DNA of 64,000 bases, from contig NW_003314264.1 of the NCBI RefSeq assembly GCF_000143415.4, positions 4,205,229 to 4,269,228 on the forward strand. The letters are read 5' to 3'. The position numbers were made by a program, and so were the translations under genes. Below are positions 18,014-29,792 of the stretch, piece after piece (position 1 is the stretch's first letter; each line of letters begins with the position of its first letter). Source of the stretch: Selaginella moellendorffii (taxonomy: Eukaryota > Plantae > Lycopodiophyta). The notes beneath the pieces were generated by a model. The model had not been told where the DNA came from. It made no database searches and was given only the letters and a program-made list of their open reading frames with translations.

Positions 18014-20479
18014 ATGGTGAGCTCATCGGATGGGCGGGCCATCGCGAATTGGAGCAGTTGTCTCGAATCCCTCCGCCGGTTCGTGCTCGTCCTCCCACTG
18101 GAAGAACACGATGGGAGCATGTGGAAGAAGAATTCGCCCGGCGCCGGCAAGAATCCTTCCTCCCAGGAGCGGCATTCCAATCTTCGCGCGAATGCGAGGA
18201 AGGAATTCGTCCAGGCAATCGTGGGACGGGAAGAATTGGGCGTGGTTATCTGTGACCCAGAGAGGCTGCCACCGCTGGAGGCGGCGTACGTGGATTTCCT
18301 TCGGATGTTCCCCAGGTTTGCGGAGAGTCTAGCCGTGGACGATATGCGCGCTCGCGAGTACGCCCATCTCCGCCACCGGGTGTGCTGCGACTACTCGGGA
18401 TTTGGCCTCTTCTCGCACCTCCAGAGAGTTTGCAACTCGCCATCTTCGTCCTTCCGTCTCGCATACGTCTCTGCCAATCTCCCGACGCACGCGCTCTACG
18501 GATCTTCCACTGGATCATCCAGCCTCGAGAGCCATGTCCGCCGCAAGATCATGGATCACTTTCGGATCAGCGACACCGACTACTGCATGGTGTTCACGGC
18601 CAGCAAAGGCAGCGCCGTCAAGCTCTTGGCAGAGTCGTATCGCTTCGATCTCCACCAGCGCCTGCTCACGTCGTACGACCACCATAGCCAGAGCATCGAG
18701 TGGATGATCGGCTGCGCGAGGGAGAAAGGTGCCAAGGTGTCGTCGGTGAGATTCCGGTGGCCATCGCTGAGGATTTGCTCCAGGGAGTTGCGGAAGCAGC
18801 TCGTGGAGAAGAAGGTGTCCGGGAGGAGAACCGTCAAAGGGCTGTTTGTTTTTCCACTCCAGAGCCGAGTGACTGGCGCGAGGTACTCGTACCAGTGGAT
18901 TCCTTTCGCGCAGGAGAACCACTGGCAGGTTTTGCTGGATGCCTCGGCTCTCGGGCCCCGGGATATGGATGCGCTGGGCTTGTCGGTGTTTAGGCCCGAC
19001 TTCATCGTCAGCTCCTTCTACAAGGTGTTTGGAGCCGACCCCTCGGGATTCGGGTGCCTGTTCATCAAGAGGTCGGCCATCAAGTGCTTGCACAACACGA
19101 CGAGAGCGAGATCAGTGGGGATGGTGAAGCTCTTGTCTTGCCCGTCGTCGCAGCTGGGAGAAGAAGAGAGGCCCGAGTTCCCCCCGGGCTTGGAGCGGGA
19201 CGTGGATCCCAGCAACGTCAGCTCGTTCTCGGGGCCTCTATCAGCGGAGGAGATTCGAGCGGCCTCGGGAGAGATCTCGTCCAGTTTGGCCGACAATCAT
19301 GCAGACCATCATCGTGCCACGCAAGAGACGTGCGCTTCAGCTCCGGGGAAGCGTGAAGCTTCGCGTGACAAGGAACAGGTGGAAGAAATCATGGTGCTGT
19401 GTCCACGTCCAAGCGAAGAAGTTGACGACAAGAAGTCGGAGATTGATGATACGTCGACGCACAGTAGTCCACGGAGTGCGCAGTCTTCGAGAGGATCCCC
19501 GACGTTCAAACAGCACAGTAGTCCACATTCTTCGAGTGAATCTTCGCCGCAGCAAATTGACATCAAAGGGAAGCGCAAGATGGAGGAGGTGATTGAGGAG
19601 GCGGAGAGTTCTCGCTGGAGAAGCGAAACAGGCGGGCCCGAAAGCAGCACAGGACATGGGGAGAGTTCGTCTCAGCTTCGCAGGAATCTACCCGAGATCT
19701 TCGTCGAAACAAGCCCGCCCCCACCACCACCACCACCGAAAACTCTGATCGAACTTCTATCTCGTCCCGCCCCTGAGAAGAGACCATCGCTCCCTCCATC
19801 ACCACCACCGCCAGCACCGCCAGCTCAAGTTAAGAGGCTCGTCGAGCTTCTGCATGATCCCGCGGTTTCGGATGGAGGGTCTTCGGATTTGGAGGAAGAA
19901 GATGAGCTCCGGGTGGTTTGCAAGGCGCTGGACCAGACAAAGGTGCTGGGAATGATAAACATCAAGAACAGGCTGAGGTATCTCATCAGCTGGCTGCTGC
20001 TCTCTCTGGCGAAGCTCCGCCATCCGGCCTCGTCGTCGCATGGATTCAAGGCACCGCTGGTCCAGATTTACGGCCCCAGCGGGAGGAAATACGATCGAGG
20101 TGCGTCCATGGCTTTCAATCTCTACGACTGGGATGGGCTTCTCTTCCAGCCGACGCTCGTCCAGCGGCTCGCGGATCGAAACAGCATATCGCTGGGACTT
20201 GCGCAGATCAAGAACGTGAAGTTTGTGGACTTGGTGCCGGACTTCCAGAACATATCTCCCAGGAAGAGCAACGCATTCGGTTCGTCCCAGAGTTCTTCGC
20301 CGGAGAGCCAGCAAGAGTTCCTGGTGGTGACCATCGCTTTGAGCTACGTGAGCAGCTTCGAGGATGTTTATAGAGTGTGGGAGTTCGTCGCGAAGTTTTT
20401 GGATGCTGATTTTGTGAACAAGGAGGTGTGGAGGTACCACGCCATAAACCAGCAGATGGTTGTTCTTGGGTCCTTGTGA
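18014..20479 (+). CDS. Plant PLP-dependent transferase superfamily protein (MoCo-sulfurase-like N-domain, no MOSC domain), intronless
   Basis: 821 aa ORF. VCCDYSGFGLFS, LFVFPLQSRVTGARYSYQW, LLDASALGPRDMD, PDFIVSSFYKVFGADPSGFGCL, FEDVYRVWEFVAKFLDADF. Central low-complexity insert. Confidence 0.88.
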   Translation: MVSSSDGRAIANWSSCLESLRRFVLVLPLEEHDGSMWKKNSPGAGKNPSSQERHSNLRANARKEFVQAIVGREELGVVICDPERLPPLEAAYVDFLRMFPRFAESLAVDDMRAREYAHLRHRVCCDYSGFGLFSHLQRVCNSPSSSFRLAYVSANLPTHALYGSSTGSSSLESHVRRKIMDHFRISDTDYCMVFTASKGSAVKLLAESYRFDLHQRLLTSYDHHSQSIEWMIGCAREKGAKVSSVRFRWPSLRICSRELRKQLVEKKVSGRRTVKGLFVFPLQSRVTGARYSYQWIPFAQENHWQVLLDASALGPRDMDALGLSVFRPDFIVSSFYKVFGADPSGFGCLFIKRSAIKCLHNTTRARSVGMVKLLSCPSSQLGEEERPEFPPGLERDVDPSNVSSFSGPLSAEEIRAASGEISSSLADNHADHHRATQETCASAPGKREASRDKEQVEEIMVLCPRPSEEVDDKKSEIDDTSTHSSPRSAQSSRGSPTFKQHSSPHSSSESSPQQIDIKGKRKMEEVIEEAESSRWRSETGGPESSTGHGESSSQLRRNLPEIFVETSPPPPPPPPKTLIELLSRPAPEKRPSLPPSPPPPAPPAQVKRLVELLHDPAVSDGGSSDLEEEDELRVVCKALDQTKVLGMINIKNRLRYLISWLLLSLAKLRHPASSSHGFKAPLVQIYGPSGRKYDRGASMAFNLYDWDGLLFQPTLVQRLADRNSISLGLAQIKNVKFVDLVPDFQNISPRKSNAFGSSQSSSPESQQEFLVVTIALSYVSSFEDVYRVWEFVAKFLDADFVNKEVWRYHAINQQMVVLGSL

Positions 20480-21026
20480 GAGTGATCGAGCGAGAGAAAG
20501 ATCTCAATAAGCTCTCTCAATTCATTGAGATTCTACAATAATCGAAGAGGCTAGCTATGTCACAAGACTCACAGAAGCTTCACTGATTGTTTTCGTTGCG
20601 CTCCAGAGCTGGAGAAAGGCGTGTGTGAGTCAAAGAAACAAAAGAAAAAGAGAGGGAATCACGCACTGTTGTAGTTGAGCAGCTTTTCGATGAGATCGAC
20701 GTGAGTCATGAGCATTCGCCGGCAGCAGTAGCGCACAAGTCCCAAAGCATCGAGCGCTTCACTGTCAATTTCCATTTTTCTCAGAAAGACGAAGAGAAGA
20801 AGCTTGGGAAGTTCTTAAATACCTCTCTGGGTAATCGGCCTGGAGAAGATCCAAGTAGGTGTCCCATTTGTTGCCGATCACCTGGAACTAGCGAGCTTAG
20901 CGCACGGCCAGAGAGGATAGCAAAGAGATCCTACCTTGCCGCAAGTGAAGCAGCGCACTGGAATGATCATCTTGAGGTTTTAGGGTTCTTGGCTCGACTC
21001 GTTTGCCCTAAATATTCTCTTTAGCT

Positions 21027-21934
21027 ATGGCGAGCGAGCGTCTCCAGCAGGCGATTCTACTCCTCCCGCTGTTGCTCATCGCGTGCGATGTCTGGACTGC
21101 TGTTCGTCCTCTCCCTGCTAAGCATCACCACCACAGCGATCGGCAGGCTCCCCAGGAACAAGTCGTCCAGGTAAATTTTCCTAGATTTGTGCTCTTAATT
21201 CTACGTTGTCTATGGACACTGTTCTTTGAGCCGCCTTTTTCACGGACAATCTTCACAGAGCTCCACATTTCGTCTTTCCAATTTGATCTTCGATTTTTTC
21301 TTGCAGCCGCCCTACGTACCTGGAGCCAAGGACGCGGCCAGTTACGGTGGAAAATTTCACATCTCGTTTTGCACGTCGTGTTCGTTCAAGTAAGCAAACT
21401 TCTCAAGAACTTGAGTAGAAAGTTCTGATGCATTCGTGGTGTTTGTAAGGAACCAAGCGATGCAGACGAAAACTATGCTCGAGACTCTCGTGCCTGGCAC
21501 CGTCGTTGTGCTGTCGAACTATCCTCCGCCATTCCACAAGCGCATGCTCAGCAAGATCGTTCCAGCGATCCAGTTTGGAGGCATCGGCGTTGCTTTGGCT
21601 GGAGAGCAAATCTTTCCAATGCTCGGCTACGCTGCCCCGCCCGCGTGGTACAACACGTTCCGCCAGAACAAATTCGGAGCGGTGGCCAGCTGCTGGCTCA
21701 TTGGGAACTTTCTACAGAACGCACTCCTGGGCACGGGAGCTTTCGAAGTTTACTACGATGGTGATCTGGTAGGAAAAACACCTTTTTTTCACGTATAGGT
21801 GGATGACTAAAAGTTCTCTTTTTCCTCCTACGCAGGTGTTTTCCAAGCTTCAGACAAAAAGATTTCCGACAGATGACGAGCTTCGTGATTCCATTGGGAA
21901 ACTTTTGGTACGGAAGACAGGCACGGTATATTAG
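21027..21934 (+). CDS. SelT-like thioredoxin-fold protein (Cys-containing, CxxC), multi-exon
   Basis: ISFCTSCSF, VVLSNYPPP, NKFGAVASCWLIGN..GTGAFEVY..VFSKLQTKRFP. Confidence 0.88.
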
Positions 21935-22276
21935 TTATGGTTCTTGATGACTGACGGTGCTTTGTATGGTCCGTGCTGTCCGTCCGAGTAACGAACTGTA
22001 AAAACTCTTCTCCTTTTTTTCCCTAAATCTCGGCTGCAGGAGCAGCAGCAGCCGACTCTCATTTAAAACTCGCGTGGAGTCGTGTAAAGAAATATTTGTT
22101 CCCGCCAAAGTGAGAAAAAAATGGAGGGAATTATGTGCTAAAATCTTGTTAAGCTTGTCACCTTCTTCGAGCGATCCATCGTCTTGGCTGAGGTGAGAGC
22201 TTTTTCTCTCTTTCCAGTGCTTGCTAATGCAAGATCTTCTCTTGTGTACAGCAAGAACGCGAAAGCCAGAAGAAAG

Positions 22277-23710
22277 ATGTCACAGCCCCTGAGGTGCCCG
22301 GCCGACTTTCCGGAGCTCCTGTGGAAGGACTGCCAGGCAAAGTCGAACGAGCTGTGCGATGTAGAAATCGTTGTCGGAACTCGCAACTTCTGGTGTCACG
22401 GGAGCATCCTTGCGGCGTCGAGCGAGTTCTTCCGCTCGGCCTACAACCCATCCGCCTCGGGAGTCAAGATCATCCGGCTTTCATCCATCCCTGGAGGCCC
22501 CCACGTCTTCGAGCTCGTCCGGAGGTTCCTCTATGGCCAGGACTTCACCGTGACCGACGCCACCGTCCTCGATGTCTGGCAAGCCGCCGACTTTCTTGGC
22601 ATCACTCCTCGCAAGCCCGATGGAGTGAGCCTCCAGGCGAGATGCAAGTCGGTCTGGGACTCCCGCGTCCAGCACTCTTGGCGGTCGTGCCTCCATCTCC
22701 TGTGCAAGGCTGCCAAGCTCGGCTCCATTACCGACGTCCACCCGAGCGACGGGAGGCTGGCCGAGTGTAAGAAAAGGTTCCTCTTGCTCGTCGGCTCTCA
22801 TCTGGCGATGGGAGCGGTTCTCAGGAACTTGGTGAAGCTCAAGGCGGGGCACGTCGAACAGGTGCTCTCCATTCTCAAGGACGTCCCGGTGGTCGTCCCG
22901 GCGGCGGAGCTCTCCCAGAACATGATGGCCTATCTCATGGACTTGGTTTGCTACTTCAAGGCTGGCTCTCCTCCCTCGGACAAGGTTGGAGCCAACATCA
23001 TTAGCGTCTGCGAGTTCGTGCTGGATTACCTCCAGTGCGCTACAGGAGCTTACCGCAGAGCTCCTGGGTCCTTCTTCCGGAGCGGCACTGGACAGGCACC
23101 CGCGGTGATCTACTTGGCCATGGTCGCACACACTTGCTACGTCTTGAATCCGGGGAGGTACGCAAGATCCAACTTTGACACCGTCTTGACGCTCGTGGGG
23201 CCTCTGGACATCGGCTGCCTCACGCCAGAAGCTCTGGCGGAATGGGTCCAGCCTTTCTTTCCAACGTCGGAGACTGGTTTTCCCGTTCGCAGCAAGATTG
23301 GAGAGCTCCTCGGCCACTATGTTACGTCGACGCTGGAGGAGAACCCCCCGGCCATCTCCTGGTTCTTCTTCCACGCCATGGCCAACTTTGCGTCCAAGGC
23401 TTGCGAGAGTCACGACCAGCTCTACGATCTTATCAAGGCCTACATGAAGAAGAACCCGCAGACGTCCGAGGGGCTCAAGCAGGCGTTCGAGAGCATGCTG
23501 GACCTCGGCAAAGTGTCGGCGGTGAAGGCTGGCGGGATAGCTTGCTGCAACTCGCCGTTTCTGCTCAGCTCGAGGTTCAAGGACGCGGTGAGCAATAAGT
23601 GGAGTTCCGAGTTCGGCAGGCAGAAGCTTCGGAAGCGCCTGTTCGACGAGTTGTCTCCTTACGATGATGATGATGACGAAATGACGCCATTCGAGTGCTC
23701 CTCTAATTGA
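22277..23710 (+). CDS. Divergent BTB/POZ + NPH3-like (NRL family) protein, single coding exon
   Basis: CDVEIVVGTRNFWCHGSILAASSEFF..IPGGPHVFELVRRFLYG is the NRL-type BTB. SHDQLYDLIKAYMKKNP..LDLGKVS resembles NPH3 HDGLYRAIDIYLKAHP..DCQKLS. Start set at the first in-frame ATG. Confidence 0.75.
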   Translation: MSQPLRCPADFPELLWKDCQAKSNELCDVEIVVGTRNFWCHGSILAASSEFFRSAYNPSASGVKIIRLSSIPGGPHVFELVRRFLYGQDFTVTDATVLDVWQAADFLGITPRKPDGVSLQARCKSVWDSRVQHSWRSCLHLLCKAAKLGSITDVHPSDGRLAECKKRFLLLVGSHLAMGAVLRNLVKLKAGHVEQVLSILKDVPVVVPAAELSQNMMAYLMDLVCYFKAGSPPSDKVGANIISVCEFVLDYLQCATGAYRRAPGSFFRSGTGQAPAVIYLAMVAHTCYVLNPGRYARSNFDTVLTLVGPLDIGCLTPEALAEWVQPFFPTSETGFPVRSKIGELLGHYVTSTLEENPPAISWFFFHAMANFASKACESHDQLYDLIKAYMKKNPQTSEGLKQAFESMLDLGKVSAVKAGGIACCNSPFLLSSRFKDAVSNKWSSEFGRQKLRKRLFDELSPYDDDDDEMTPFECSSN

Positions 23711-24135
23711 AGAGACGAAAACAGCACTGCAAGGTACTCTTTTCCTCCTGCTTGCATACTTTCCTACGTTATTGCTGTTCAACTACAGGATTATTCTAGG
23801 CGATGTATACGACAAGTAGAAGATTTGACACGTTCTCGAAAAAAATCCTTTTTTCACTACTGTATAGAAAATCTGGAGTATCTTCGCCAGTTTCTATGTG
23901 ATCCAGTCGTTTTGCCTGACCAGGACTGCCTCGTTTGCATTGGGAGTTCATGAAGTGCTTCTTACTGTTTTGACGTTTTATTCATAGTTGCTCACTTGGA
24001 AACAGTGTGGTCGAGAAGACGACATTGGAAAGAGTGAAAGACTCCTCACGCTGAGGAGTTGGCCGAGGTATATATTCTCTCGCAAGGTTGCTTGTATTTT
24101 ACTGACAGTGTGGTCCTCTTCTAGGCTGAGAAGAG

Positions 24136-26289
24136 ATGGCGGGTGGAGGGGCGGTTGATTCGACACTGGAAGTCACACCAACATGGGCCACTGCGTCCAT
24201 TGTCAGCGTGATTGTCCTGGTTTCAATGGCTGCTCAACGTGGAATCCATTTCACTGGACTGGTGAGAGGTTGTCGCTTGAGAGAGTTCTTCTTTTTTATC
24301 CCCGGTGTTGTTCCTGCAGTGGTTTAAAGGTCGGAAAAGCAATCCTCCAATTAAAGCTGCTCTGGAAAATATCAAAGAAGGTGATTTTGATGCTTTTTGT
24401 TTTATGCATCAGACGATTTTGTTGTCAGAGTTGATGCTCCTGGGATTCATATCGCTGCTCCTCGCGGTTTCGCAAACCTTTACAACAGAGATATGTGTTC
24501 CTCGAAGTCTGATCCAGACAATGCTACCCTGCAAGTCATCAAACGTTACTGTGGCCCCGACCAAAAGCTACAATCGCAGGCTGCTCGTGTTTCGACGGGA
24601 TTTAGCTTCCGATACAGGAAATAGCACAAAGTGTATTGACAAGGTAACAATTTTGGTAGTTCCAGGCATCGCAATAGTAACATTCTTTGATTTCTTTTCA
24701 TTTTTTCAGGGAAAAATGCCAATTCTCAGTGGCACCGACATCCATGATCTTCATATGTTCATCTTCATTCTCGCGGTGGTGCATATTTCTTATAGTCTTG
24801 CAACTGTTTACCTCGGAGGAAGAAAGGTTGTCTTTCGTGGTGGAAGTTGTTCTACCATTAACTTGTGTTTTCAGATCCATGCCTGGAAAAAATGGGAAGC
24901 TGACACTCAAGCTGACGGTATTATAACTTACTTCTTTTCTTCGGTGATGTCATTTGTGGAGTGTTTTTGACAGACGTACAGACGATGCCTGCTAATCGCG
25001 AAACAAAATTTATTCGCAGGCATGTCCGGAACTCTTCCTTTGTCATAGGAATTCTGGTTAGCGTTGTCTGTGCTCTTTGTTGCTTTTCTAACCGTTTCGT
25101 TTCTACAAGGTGACGCTTCTGCAACAATTTGGCTGGTCAGTCACGAAAGAAGATTACTACACTCTTCGACACACGTTTATCATTGTGAGTGGGAGATTTG
25201 GCCTACTTGAAACATCGCACTAAATATCTGGTCTCAATTTCTTACAACAGAATCATTCAAAAGACAACAGTTTTGACTTCCATGCGTTTTTGAAGACAGC
25301 AATTGCACAAGATTTTAAAACTGTCATCGGGATGAGGTGAGCTTGGTTCAGATTTTTCTTCTTGAGCTAACCAGTGACTTGCAGCGAGTACTTTTGGGTG
25401 TACGTCATTGTGTTCTTCTTGCTCAATGTCCATGGTATTTCTTTATCCTTTTGCGATGATTTTAACTTTGACTCACTTGCTCAGGCTGGCATACGTATTT
25501 CTGGATTTCATTCGTCCCCATTCTTGTAAGTGAGATAAACTAATCATTTCTAGTAAGCCCACCACAAGTTCACGCACACCAGGTCCTCATTTTGCTAGGC
25601 GCAAAGCTTCAGTACATCCTCGGGACACTAGCTGTGGATATTTTGAAGGCACCTGGTGAGCCTGTGCAAGTTCGAGATAAGTTTTTTTGGTTTGGCACGC
25701 CTAGAATACTTCTGCACTTGCTTCACTTCTCGATCTTTCAGGTAAGCTTGTTAATTTCGCATGTGTCCTGTTTACTAGAATTTGTGGTTCTTCTCTGGAT
25801 AGAATGCGTTTGAGCTAGCTCTTCTGTTTTGGATGTGGGTACGTACCCAACTTTCTCTCAACATGTTATGTTTGAATGAGCTGAAGCTGTCTTTTCACAG
25901 GCCTCATTCGGATGGCACTCGTGCCTTATTGACAACAAGACGACAGCAATTTTGCACGTATCTTCCGGGTAAGGTTTGAAATATATTTCCACAGCTTCTT
26001 AGATTTCCATAAACGCCGCTGCAGCATCTTGATCTTAATTCAGTGCAGCTACACAACGCTTCCTCTCTATGCACTGCTTTCTCAGGTAGACTAGTATCTC
26101 GTTTCAGTTACCCAGTCTAAAGCATTTTCTTGTGTAAAGATGGGGCCCCAGAACAAAGGCAAGCACAAAAACTCGGACGTTCCGGATCCGACTCAACCTC
26201 CACCTGGAGAATTGGACGAAACAAATCGAACGGAGACGAGGGCTGTGGACACTGAGGTGCAAGCAGCAACACGGCACGATGAGTTGTAG
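24136..26289 (+). CDS. MLO: MLO family seven-transmembrane protein, many exons
   Basis: LEVTPTWA, ALENIKEELMLLGFISLLL, LHMFIFILAVVHI, WKKWE, FFWFGTP..IFQNAFELA, YTTLPLYALLSQMG. Confidence 0.92.
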
Positions 26290-26560
26290 CTTAGGATCCA
26301 GGTGGAAGAACAATGATTATGAGGAGCGCCCGCGATCATTCTTTTCCTCGAGAAGTTTGGATGAATGGCGCTCCCCGGAGTTTTATGTCGTTAGAAACAG
26401 AGAGATTCACAGATTTTCATTGGCGAAACTGTAGTTCGAAGTTCCTAGTTCGTAGATTGGAGAACTTGTCGAGGACGCTCTCGTACGATTGCTTGAACAA
26501 GTCAAATTGATAATTGCGTACCTCTTCCTCCAGATCGAACTTAAGCTTTCCCATGAATGG

Positions 26561-28597
26561 ATGGTCACGCTAGATTTCCTGGCGGTCTTGGACAAGGCCA
26601 AGAACAACGATCTCTTGTATGCTGCAGAGTTGCAGCGATGTGGGGCTTCGAAATCCATTGCCGAAGGCCGCCGTGTTCATGCCTTGCTCTTGGAGCGAGG
26701 CCAACTGGGAAACTTTCTCGCCAACCATCTCATTAACATGTATGGAAAATGTGGCTGTCTCGAGGAAGCTCGCAGGGTTTTCGACTGGATCAACAACAAG
26801 AATCTGTTCTCGTGGACTGCCGTTATTTCTGCATATGCCAAGAACGGGCATTTTGAAACAGCGTTGGAGCTCTTCCAGGGGCTTGACTGCGAAGGGATCA
26901 AGCCCGACAGCGTCGTCTTCTTGGCTGTGGTAGAGGCGTGCTCAAATGACAGGAAAAAGAAAAACAGTCTAATTCTACAGGAAGCCGGGAGAGTTCATGA
27001 GCGACTGACACGGGAAGGATTGATGACTTCTTTTGTGAGAAATTCGGTGATCACAATGTACGGATGCCTCCACAGGCCTGACCAAGCTCTACTGGTTTTT
27101 CAGGAAATGGCTGGCTTTAGAGACGTCGTCTCCTGGACAGCCGTGATAACAGCTTATGGCCGGAATGGGCATTTTTGTGAGGCTTTGAGGCTCTTCTGGG
27201 CGATGGAACAAGACGGAATAAAGCCGGATGCGGTGACAATTCTCGCTCTTCTTGATGCTTGTGCCTTGGAAGGATCGTCAGAGAGCTTGTTTACAGGCAG
27301 GGCTATTCATGCTCGAATCTGTGCTACTGGATTGGATCTTGATGTAGTCGTGATGAACGCAGTGATTTACATGTACACGGGCTGCAAGGAGTGCTCAGAA
27401 GCGAAGCAGGTTTTCGATGGATTAAAAGGGAAGAAAACTTTGGTGTCGTGGAATGCGGTGATCTCGGCTTATGCCCAAAGCGGGCATATGTTTCTAGCTC
27501 TGCAAGTCTACAAGGAAATGCTGTGTGATAAACTGGTGCCGAACGAGATCACTCTCGTCTTGGCTCTCGACGCTTGCTCCAATCTGTCGTGCCTGGAGAA
27601 TGGCAGAGCAATCCACGACAAAGCCACTGAGCTTGGAGTTGAGAAGAATATCTTCGTAGAGAATGCGCTGGTGGACATGTATGGTAAGTGTGGAAGCCTT
27701 GAAGACGCACTGACTGTCTTTAACTCCATGAAGAAACGCGACATTGTTTCATGGACTGCGATGATCGCTGCTTATGCTCGAAACGGCCATAGCTCCAGAG
27801 CTCTAGAGATCTTTCGCATGGTTCTCGCTGAGGGCCTGAGACCCGATGGAATCACCTTCGTCGCAGCGCTAGAAGCTTGTGGGAACCTCGGAAATGCGTC
27901 GGAAGGCGAGACCCTTCACGGCTGGATCCTTGATTCTCCTCAACTCCGAAACAACGAACTCGTCTCCACCGCCGTCATCAGCATGTATGATCGATCCGGC
28001 AGACTCGAGAGAGCCAAGCTCGTTTTTGATGACCTCTCCTCCAGCTTAAGCCGGTGTCCTTCTCGCTGGAACTCGCAGGCGATCGCACTGGCCGAGCACG
28101 GACTGAGCTCTTCAGCGATTCAGCTCTTCTGGGAGATGACTCTCCAAGGCGTTGACGTGAACGCCATCAGCTTCGTGACTGCCATCTTTGCATGTAGCCA
28201 CTCGGGCATGCTGGTTTTGGGGTTGGATTTCTTCTTGCAGCTGCATCCAGACTTTGGGATTGTGCCACAGCCTTCGCACTACATCTGCATGGTCGAGCTT
28301 CTGGCTAGGATTGGACAAGTAACCATGGCAGTCAATTTGATTGAGAGCATGCCTTACGAGCCTGACGTTGTGGCATGGATGGCACTTCTGTGTTCTTCAA
28401 ACACAAACTTGGAATTAGCCACCATGGCTGCACGACAAGTCCTTGGAGGTGATGGAAAGAGAGCTGGAGCTTATGTCTTGCTTTCGAATTTGTGTGTTCC
28501 TGCTGGAAGACGAGAATGGATGGCTCCACGTACGCTCAAAAGCGAGCATTGCTCAGGTACCAGAAAAACTTCTCACCTGCTGTCTCAGTCACTATGA
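26561..28597 (+). CDS. PLS-class pentatricopeptide repeat protein with E domain, no DYW
   Basis: Repeated NxLIxMYGKCG..ARxVFD..VSWTAxIxAYAxNG motifs; ends HYICMVELLARIG..MPYEPDVVAWMALL..AYVLLSNL. Confidence 0.92.
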   Translation: MVTLDFLAVLDKAKNNDLLYAAELQRCGASKSIAEGRRVHALLLERGQLGNFLANHLINMYGKCGCLEEARRVFDWINNKNLFSWTAVISAYAKNGHFETALELFQGLDCEGIKPDSVVFLAVVEACSNDRKKKNSLILQEAGRVHERLTREGLMTSFVRNSVITMYGCLHRPDQALLVFQEMAGFRDVVSWTAVITAYGRNGHFCEALRLFWAMEQDGIKPDAVTILALLDACALEGSSESLFTGRAIHARICATGLDLDVVVMNAVIYMYTGCKECSEAKQVFDGLKGKKTLVSWNAVISAYAQSGHMFLALQVYKEMLCDKLVPNEITLVLALDACSNLSCLENGRAIHDKATELGVEKNIFVENALVDMYGKCGSLEDALTVFNSMKKRDIVSWTAMIAAYARNGHSSRALEIFRMVLAEGLRPDGITFVAALEACGNLGNASEGETLHGWILDSPQLRNNELVSTAVISMYDRSGRLERAKLVFDDLSSSLSRCPSRWNSQAIALAEHGLSSSAIQLFWEMTLQGVDVNAISFVTAIFACSHSGMLVLGLDFFLQLHPDFGIVPQPSHYICMVELLARIGQVTMAVNLIESMPYEPDVVAWMALLCSSNTNLELATMAARQVLGGDGKRAGAYVLLSNLCVPAGRREWMAPRTLKSEHCSGTRKTSHLLSQSL

Positions 28598-29792
28598 TGT
28601 GGAGGAGCTCCCACAACTCCAATGTAAGCTCACACAGCTTATATGATATTCTTAAACAATTTTTTCAGATCTTTTACAAGGTATAATAAAATGATTAGGG
28701 AAATGCTTTGGGATGAAATGTTGTTTATTCATCAAACATGTCTTGAAAGTTTCTAAGGGCATGATCCACAAATTCCACGTGCAGTCACGTTATAGCTTGA
28801 AACTGAGATCCGAACCATGCGTTAGCATTATCTAAAGTTTTTATTACAAAAAATGACTAATGCTATTAACTGTAAACAAAACTTTTCGATTCTTTCTGTT
28901 AATTAGCTAACCTTAGAATATGCTGCCACATTCTACACTCTTCACCAAAATGCTAGAGAAGCTCGAGGATCCGGTAGATTTCCACTGAATTCTTCTCGTC
29001 CTCTTTGGCGCAGGCAGAGCTCCGGGCCAATGTGCTTGAGACGCCAATGCCTTTTGATTGGCAATCAAGGAAGCTCTTGTGATATGCGAGTGCTCTTATT
29101 TGCCCAAATCCAACGTTGTGTTCACACTTCTGGTTAAGATTATTTACCAAACTGTCGCTGCCTGCGCCAGATTCCCAGTCGCGGCAGAATTGTCGTTTCT
29201 GGGTTTCCTCGATTCCCTTTGGCGCGAGAACTGGACTATTGAATAAGCTTGCTTACGCAAGGAGACGAAAGTGGCATAGAAAGCGCCTGACGTCGTGCGT
29301 AGCGGACTGCCCGCTCATCCTGCTGGCGTCGGATTTGCTCCTCCTGCTCGGAATCCAGCAAGATTTTAACTAAACGATCGTGCTGCTGTCTAGTCCCAAT
29401 TGTTCAATGACACTAGAGAGCGCAAGGCTCCTACCGTGGTTCGAACCCGCGAAGTTTGGAAGGTGACCAAGTCTCGCCTTGCTAGTTGACCGTTTGCCAA
29501 GTCTTTGATGCTGCACCAATAGTTTTTACGCCGGATGTGGAACGAGGCCAGGAGAGCACTATCCCCATGTATGACATCATGCCATTAGTTTGACTGTTTG
29601 CAGGCGCGAGAAAGTCCGAACGTGTTATGGAAAAGCATTCATTTATATTATATAGATTCCACTTCTGCTTAAACAAGTGATCCTTAAACAAGAATCCACC
29701 ACCATCCCGTTTCACGTTCGCGAAGCGTTTGACCAGAAGTGAAAGCTTGCAGCTACTATAAAAATCATGCCTTACGGACAGCTGCACCAGAA

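Noticed and set aside
21361-21390. Selenocysteine in the SelT-like gene
   Set aside because: The motif is TGC-ACG-TCG-TGT (CxxC); there is no in-frame TGA.
22481-23782. 433 aa antisense ORF (and similar ones opposite the PLP, PPR, ABCF and NDUFAF6 genes)
   Set aside because: Expected shadow ORFs of GC-rich coding sequence; no recognisable motifs.
29412-29483. tRNA-like GGTTCGAACCC within GCAAGGC...GCCTTGC inverted ends
   Set aside because: No D-arm, anticodon arm or acceptor geometry can be folded; probably chance or a tiny remnant.
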